DNA from: Candidatus Hermodarchaeota archaeon
GTDB taxonomy: Archaea > Asgardarchaeota > Heimdallarchaeia > Hodarchaeales > Hodarchaeaceae
DNA length: 32,000 nucleotides
Direction: 5' to 3'
Assembly (NCBI GenBank): GCA_048886185.1
Contig: JBHLKY010000004.1
Location: 90,001-122,000 of the forward strand
Shown piece after piece: positions 27,378 to 32,000 of the stretch. Numbering within the stretch: position 1 is the stretch's first letter; each line of letters opens with the position of its first letter. The notes under the pieces are model-generated. The model was given only the letters and a program-made list of their open reading frames with translations. It was not told the DNA's origin and searched no databases. Both the position numbers and the translations under genes were made by a program.

Positions 27378-30300
27378 TCATTCAATATATTTTTCTCGAA
27401 TAATCTGGCTTTTTGTTGATAGAAGATCCTTCCATTTCTTCTTTTTCTGTTTTTCTAGAATGGCTAAATATTCCTCTAGTAATTCAGAATAGTCTTTAGC
27501 CAATCCAGTTGGAGCCTCATCTAATTTTTCAATGACCTCATCTAACCTTTCCAACGCATTTAGATAATTTTCAGTTTTCAAGTCTTCTTCAATCATTTTA
27601 TGTAGAAGATCCAACGTTGCTGGAATATTAGCAGTCATTTTGGATTGCTCGAGGGCTAATTGAACAGCAGATTCGTAGATTTCTTTATGTGATTTGTGTT
27701 TCATACCTATCATATAAAATATCCTTGATACCATTTCTCTATTCTGACTATCAATATTTTGAGTTAAGTCATTTAAAAAATTAAGGCCTTTTAGAATAGT
27801 TTGTTTTGGTAGTTCATGATATTCTAATATTGAACTTATTTCATTGACTATCTTCATCTTTGTATTAGAATCAATCACTTGTAGATTAGATAGATTCTCC
27901 TCTAAGGTCTCAAATAGTGAAGAGTATTCTTTTACTTTTGTAAGTTCTTGAGTAAAGAGAACAATAAAATAGCAGAGTACATTTTCTGCCTCTGCTACTT
28001 CTGTTAGGGCATTAAAGAAGAGAACTACTTGGTTTTGGAAAAGTTCTTGTTGCTTTTTCTTCTTAGATTCAATTATTAATAGTATAAGGGCATCCAGAGT
28101 CTCGTAAAGGATTTTCTGGGCAATTTCCTTTGGTTCCATGGTTAACAACATGTTAACATATATTTTAAGAAGGTCTTTCGATTTTAAGGGGGAGCTTGTG
28201 ATAAACGCAGGTAGGAGATCTTTTACAAAAGCCACAGTTTCTTTAAATTTCGATTCTTCGATTCCAAGGGCTGTCATATCTAGCACTTGAGAAAGAGCAC
28301 CATCAATATTCCCGCGTCCAATTAAAGCATCAATTTTTCTATTTTCTACCTCCAAGATTTTTTCTGTGAGATTTAACTGCCTATAAATACGTTCCTGGAA
28401 TTCTAGAAAGTTTTTAGCTTCATCATATTTCTTTTGTTGAAAAAGCGCCTTCACAAAATCATCTGATGCTTGGAGAACTGGTTGTATTGATTGTTCTAAT
28501 TTTTCATCATAAGTAACCGCTAAAGGCGCCCATGCCCGTTCTAAATATATCATCGTGTAAGGTAGGTTATTTACGCTCCATAATTTACGAGCTTCACCAA
28601 GAGCAATTGATGATGACTCCTGAAACATCTCTAGATCAGTATAAATGGATAGTGCACGATCCACAAGAACAAAATATGTGTCATAATCCTTTTCAGTAAA
28701 TCGATCTTTTGCTACAGTTAAACATGTATCAGCAATTGCAAGAGAATTTGTTGAGGTTGAACCTTCGGCTTTAGCGAGAGTTTGCATTCCCTCTTCAATT
28801 TTTCCAACTTTTAGCAGGGCAGTTCCATAATCCTGATAAAATTTAAATAATTCATCAGATGATCCTGTCTGTGTTATAAGTTCTTTCGCTTGATCAAAAT
28901 ACTTATAGGCTTTATCCTCATCTGTAGAAATAAATTGAACAGCTCGGGTCATGATTAATTCTGCAGCTTCATTAGTTTGGCCTAATTCTTTAAGAATTGT
29001 GATTAAAAAAGATAAGAACAGATCTGCAGTTTCTTCATCAGCAAGATCCTGAAAAAAATTCTTTTTCTCAAAAGCAAAATCCATTAGGAGGCCATATTTT
29101 TCAACAGCATTTTCTGCTTTAAATTTCTCGTAAGCATCCTGTAGAAACTCAAATCCAGGGGCAAAATATTCAAATTCAAATAGTCGAATTGCTAATTCAA
29201 ACATTGCGTCCCCATGTGCGTCTTTCAGTCCTAAATAATCGTATAAATCAAGAATGAAACTAAAAAGATCTTTCACTAAAGAAATATCGGTTTTTTGAGA
29301 AAGAGCTTCTATAATCTGATCTTCCAAGCTTTTAATAGTTTGTAATACCGATTCTTGAGAAGATTGTGTATCTATCAATAGTTTAATTTGTTTAGAGCGC
29401 AATTTTTTTGCGAGCTCATATTTTCCTTTTGAAAAAAGTACTGTAGAGAACTTTTCTAATCGTGCTAAAGCTCGTGGGATCTTCTTTATTCTTACAAGAA
29501 AATCAAAGTCCTGTTGATGGAGTTCCATTGCCTTATCAAAATCATTTGACTCAAGGAACTTCATAGCATTGCTTGCAAACAAAGAATCATATTCATCATT
29601 ATCCCCAAGTTGGAGGTATGTATTTCCAAGTAAATGTAAAACTTCATTGAAAATAGAATATGGGACATAGAGTTCCAATCGTGATAATTGTTCTTTAAGA
29701 GTTTCACTAAACGTTTTAATTGTTTCATGGTCAGACGTTTGGAATAGAGAAGCTGCCTCACGTAGAGAATCAACTTGTTTTTCATAATTCCCCCAAGAAG
29801 CATAAGTCTGTGCCATTTTTACATTCAATAATCCAGCTGATTGATTATCGTCAATTCGTATGTAACAATCTACTAAAAAGGATTTGAAAAATTGAAGTTT
29901 GGCGATTTCTTTTCTTTCTGCAAAAATCTCAAGACTTTTTTCTAATACCTCCCCTATTTTATGAACACCACTAAAACGATTATTATTAATTAGATATGTT
30001 ATTGCTTTCTCTATAAAGGGAAAATCATCTGGAATATTTCTTTGTTCGAAAAGCTGCAGTCCTAGTTGCCAAATATACAAAGCTAATTCTTCTACTTCTT
30101 GGCCATAATTTAATTTTCTGCAGATATCTTCCATTTTGTCAAAATATACAAGAAATGGGAGATTGTCAAATTCACCTTTGAATGGTAAGAGAAGAGTATC
30201 GACCTGATTTTTCCCTTCTTGAAAAAGATATTCTATGATTTTTTTACGTATTGCTTCATCACCAAATGATAGAGAATTATTGATTGCTTCATCAAAAAAA

Positions 30301-31214
30301 CTAAATCCTTCTTCGACTTGCTTATTCTTAATATTTATTCTTCCTACTTCAAAAAGGATATCAGACATTTCATCAAGTGATTTTGCCAATAAATGAGCTT
30401 CTCTTGATTTTGAAATAAGCATCATTGCAATTTGCTTTTTTTCTATATCCGAAAATCGATCCTGTAAAATTTCAAGACCTATTTCGGCATATACCTCTTT
30501 CTCCTTATTTAATACATTTTCTTGATGAGTTTCATCATCAAATATACCACGGGCATCATCAAATAATAAGAATCCTCTTTCAAAACGAAGCTTTCTTATA
30601 TTTAAATCAGCTTCAACAAGAAAAGCTTCAAAAATCGCTTCTTTGTTATTCATTAAATTATAAATAGTACGTGCTCTCTCAAATGCTTCATCTGCCTCTC
30701 CCACGGCTTTTTTAGTATTTGTTAATTTTTTCCCAATTTCTATAAAAATTTCCCCAGCTCTAAGAAATTCTTCATTCCTTTGTACGATTCCAGAAACTAT
30801 TTCTCTACACTCCCCAAGAAAATATCTGGTCATTGCACCATGTTTAGAAATGTATCGATTGCTTTCATTCAAGACTCGAATATATTCTTCGATTAATGGG
30901 ATAGCTGCTGCCGCATACCGAAATAGTTCTTTTTTTGTTTTGTTTTTCCCTTTCCTGGCTGCGCTAATTATTTTTCTATAAAGTACAATGACTTTTTCTG
31001 TTTTCTTCACCTTTTGTTGAGCTGTAATTGCTCGCTCAAAGTATTTTAGACTTTCTATATAATTTTTCTGATCAATATAAACTTCTGCTAGCTCAACAGC
31101 TGCTTTGCTAGCATCTTCCCACTTTTTTTTCTTTTCTATTTTATTTAATTCATTGAGTTTATCCTCAATATTCAATGAGAAGTCAACTCCTTTCACAGCG
31201 GGATCTTCACACAA
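27378..31214 (-). CDS. Large TPR/SNAP-like alpha-solenoid protein
   Basis: 1278-aa all-helical ORF with recurring TPR-like units (LAEVYIDQKNYIESLKYFERAI; MAQTYASWGNYEKQVDSLREAASLF; YGTALLKVGKIEEGMQTLAKA). The real start may be TTG31175, which has GGAG 11 nt upstream. Confidence 0.8.
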   Translation of the reverse strand: MCEDPAVKGVDFSLNIEDKLNELNKIEKKKKWEDASKAAVELAEVYIDQKNYIESLKYFERAITAQQKVKKTEKVIVLYRKIISAARKGKNKTKKELFRYAAAAIPLIEEYIRVLNESNRYISKHGAMTRYFLGECREIVSGIVQRNEEFLRAGEIFIEIGKKLTNTKKAVGEADEAFERARTIYNLMNNKEAIFEAFLVEADLNIRKLRFERGFLLFDDARGIFDDETHQENVLNKEKEVYAEIGLEILQDRFSDIEKKQIAMMLISKSREAHLLAKSLDEMSDILFEVGRINIKNKQVEEGFSFFDEAINNSLSFGDEAIRKKIIEYLFQEGKNQVDTLLLPFKGEFDNLPFLVYFDKMEDICRKLNYGQEVEELALYIWQLGLQLFEQRNIPDDFPFIEKAITYLINNNRFSGVHKIGEVLEKSLEIFAERKEIAKLQFFKSFLVDCYIRIDDNQSAGLLNVKMAQTYASWGNYEKQVDSLREAASLFQTSDHETIKTFSETLKEQLSRLELYVPYSIFNEVLHLLGNTYLQLGDNDEYDSLFASNAMKFLESNDFDKAMELHQQDFDFLVRIKKIPRALARLEKFSTVLFSKGKYELAKKLRSKQIKLLIDTQSSQESVLQTIKSLEDQIIEALSQKTDISLVKDLFSFILDLYDYLGLKDAHGDAMFELAIRLFEFEYFAPGFEFLQDAYEKFKAENAVEKYGLLMDFAFEKKNFFQDLADEETADLFLSFLITILKELGQTNEAAELIMTRAVQFISTDEDKAYKYFDQAKELITQTGSSDELFKFYQDYGTALLKVGKIEEGMQTLAKAEGSTSTNSLAIADTCLTVAKDRFTEKDYDTYFVLVDRALSIYTDLEMFQESSSIALGEARKLWSVNNLPYTMIYLERAWAPLAVTYDEKLEQSIQPVLQASDDFVKALFQQKKYDEAKNFLEFQERIYRQLNLTEKILEVENRKIDALIGRGNIDGALSQVLDMTALGIEESKFKETVAFVKDLLPAFITSSPLKSKDLLKIYVNMLLTMEPKEIAQKILYETLDALILLIIESKKKKQQELFQNQVVLFFNALTEVAEAENVLCYFIVLFTQELTKVKEYSSLFETLEENLSNLQVIDSNTKMKIVNEISSILEYHELPKQTILKGLNFLNDLTQNIDSQNREMVSRIFYMIGMKHKSHKEIYESAVQLALEQSKMTANIPATLDLLHKMIEEDLKTENYLNALERLDEVIEKLDEAPTGLAKDYSELLEEYLAILEKQKKKKWKDLLSTKSQIIREKYIE

Positions 31215-31535
31215 TCATGTGCTTTATAAGCAGAATCTTAGCATTAAAAATGATACAGAATCCAATCTCACATATTAGAAAGTTATAATTATTTTTCAAT
31301 AACCAACTCACACTTTAAATTGTTATTTGATACTCTTTATTTTCCTTAAATTATTTTCTTTATCACTTTTATAAAGGAATTTTGTCCTATCTAATCCTCT
31401 CTTACTATAAATTCTTAATAATTCAATAGAATAATGAAAAGTCACTTGAAATAACAATGAGGTATATATATTGGTATCTCTATTCTCTTTTAGTTTGCTT
31501 AATAATACGTAGAAAAAAAAAATATGTTTTCTTTG

Positions 31536-31810
31536 CCAATGGAAGTAGCTTCCACAGATATTCTTATATTCGCTGTAATTAGAAATCTTACGAAGAATAA
31601 AATAATCCTCAATTGAAGATCCCAGAAAAAAATAACATGACAATGAGACTAGGAAAATAATTTAAACTGTGTTTTCAAAAAATAATAAACCTAAAGAAAA
31701 TAAAAAAAAAATAATTGCCCCTAGATAGATTGGATGACGAGAAAACGCATAAAATCCTGTTTTCAAAAAAAAACTAAACAAATTGCAATTACTTCTGGCA
31801 GCATTAGCAT
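31536..31810 (-). pseudogene. Decayed isoprenylcysteine carboxyl methyltransferase / PEMT-family gene
   Basis: One frame reads LKTGFYAFSRHPIYLGAIIFFLFSLGLLFFENTV*IIFLVSLSCYFFLGSSIEDYFILRKISNYSEYK, which has the ICMT RHPxY and E..L....Y..Y motifs. In-frame TAA at 31662-31664, and the ATG frame is broken at an A9 run (31765-31773). Confidence 0.7.
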
Positions 31811-31868
31811 GACATAAAATCCTTAATGCGACCTAAATTTTTTCGTTTAATAATGTTGAGGTTATAAA

Positions 31869-32000
31869 ATGAGAGTTGCAATGTTTGCGAGTGAAATGGT
31901 GCCCTACATTAAAACAGGGGGATTAGCTGATGTAATAGGGTCTTTACCTAGAGTTTTGGCTGAGAAAGGAGTCCATGTAGATGTTTTTATACCATACTAC
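31869..32000 (+). CDS. glgA: Glycogen synthase (GT5), 3'-truncated by the window, not in ORF track
   Basis: [44 protein letters not shown] contains the KTGGL nucleotide-sugar motif. GAGGT SD lies 6 nt upstream of the ATG. Confidence 0.92.
   Translation, partial: MRVAMFASEMVPYIKTGGLADVIGSLPRVLAEKGVHVDVFIPYY

Noticed and set aside
42-30667. Short alternative-frame or antisense ORFs in the track (e.g. 42-278, 2134-2331, 2272-2571, 3406-3696, 4418-4741, 4869-5102, 6540-6803, 9329-9517, 10432-10698, 12824-13015, 14468-14791, 14549-14929, 16443-16709, 18913-19140, 19050-19289, 20195-20638, 22274-22462, 23752-23985, 25030-25362, 29561-29803, 30425-30667)
   Set aside because: Each lies within or mostly overlaps a longer ORF with clear motifs or natural composition, and none shows a recognisable motif. 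They are treated as shadow ORFs.
31323-31643. 106-aa ORF as an independent gene
   Set aside because: Its first ~35 codons are the C-terminal part of the broken ICMT-like gene, and the rest looks like AT-rich run-on.
31536-31810. Functional link between the ICMT-like remnant and CaaX processing of the Rab-like GTPases
   Set aside because: Neither GTPase has a C-terminal Cys, ICMT-family genes are widespread in prokaryotes with other substrates, and this copy is broken.
1-32000. tRNA/rRNA genes, CRISPR arrays, IS elements, integrases or prophage genes
   Set aside because: I saw no GC-rich structured segments, regularly spaced repeats, terminal inverted repeats or transposase/integrase motifs. 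The read was by eye, so a tRNAscan/Infernal run is still advisable.

Overview
AT-rich, gene-dense archaeal chromosome segment, most likely from an Asgard archaeon (possibly Heimdallarchaeia/Hodarchaeales; inferred from two Rab-like GTPases, a longin-roadblock protein and a large helical-repeat protein, not from a marker gene). Left to right: truncated M3-type peptidase; a 5-TM protein with a heavily N-glycosylatable helical ectodomain, divergent from a Rab-like GTPase / longin-roadblock / GH57 glucanotransferase run; a surface aryl-sulfate sulfotransferase; an 8-gene minus-strand membrane operon built around MoxR-DUF58-DUF4350-DUF4129 with a PrsW-zinc-ribbon fusion; a plus-strand run of GNAT, EamA, MFS, SAM methyltransferase, HgcA-like corrinoid membrane protein and HgcB-like ferredoxin; a second Rab-like GTPase divergent from a polytopic membrane protein; a P-loop kinase; a 1.27-kaa TPR/SNAP-like solenoid; a decayed ICMT/PEMT-family pseudogene; and the start of glycogen synthase glgA, which the ORF track misses. 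The best candidate for an uncharacterised system is the SAM-methyltransferase + HgcA-like + ferredoxin module, which keeps the cobalt-ligand Cys but lacks the canonical Hg-methylation signatures. No RNA genes, CRISPR arrays or mobile elements were recognised. All family calls come from motif recognition by eye; no database searches were run.
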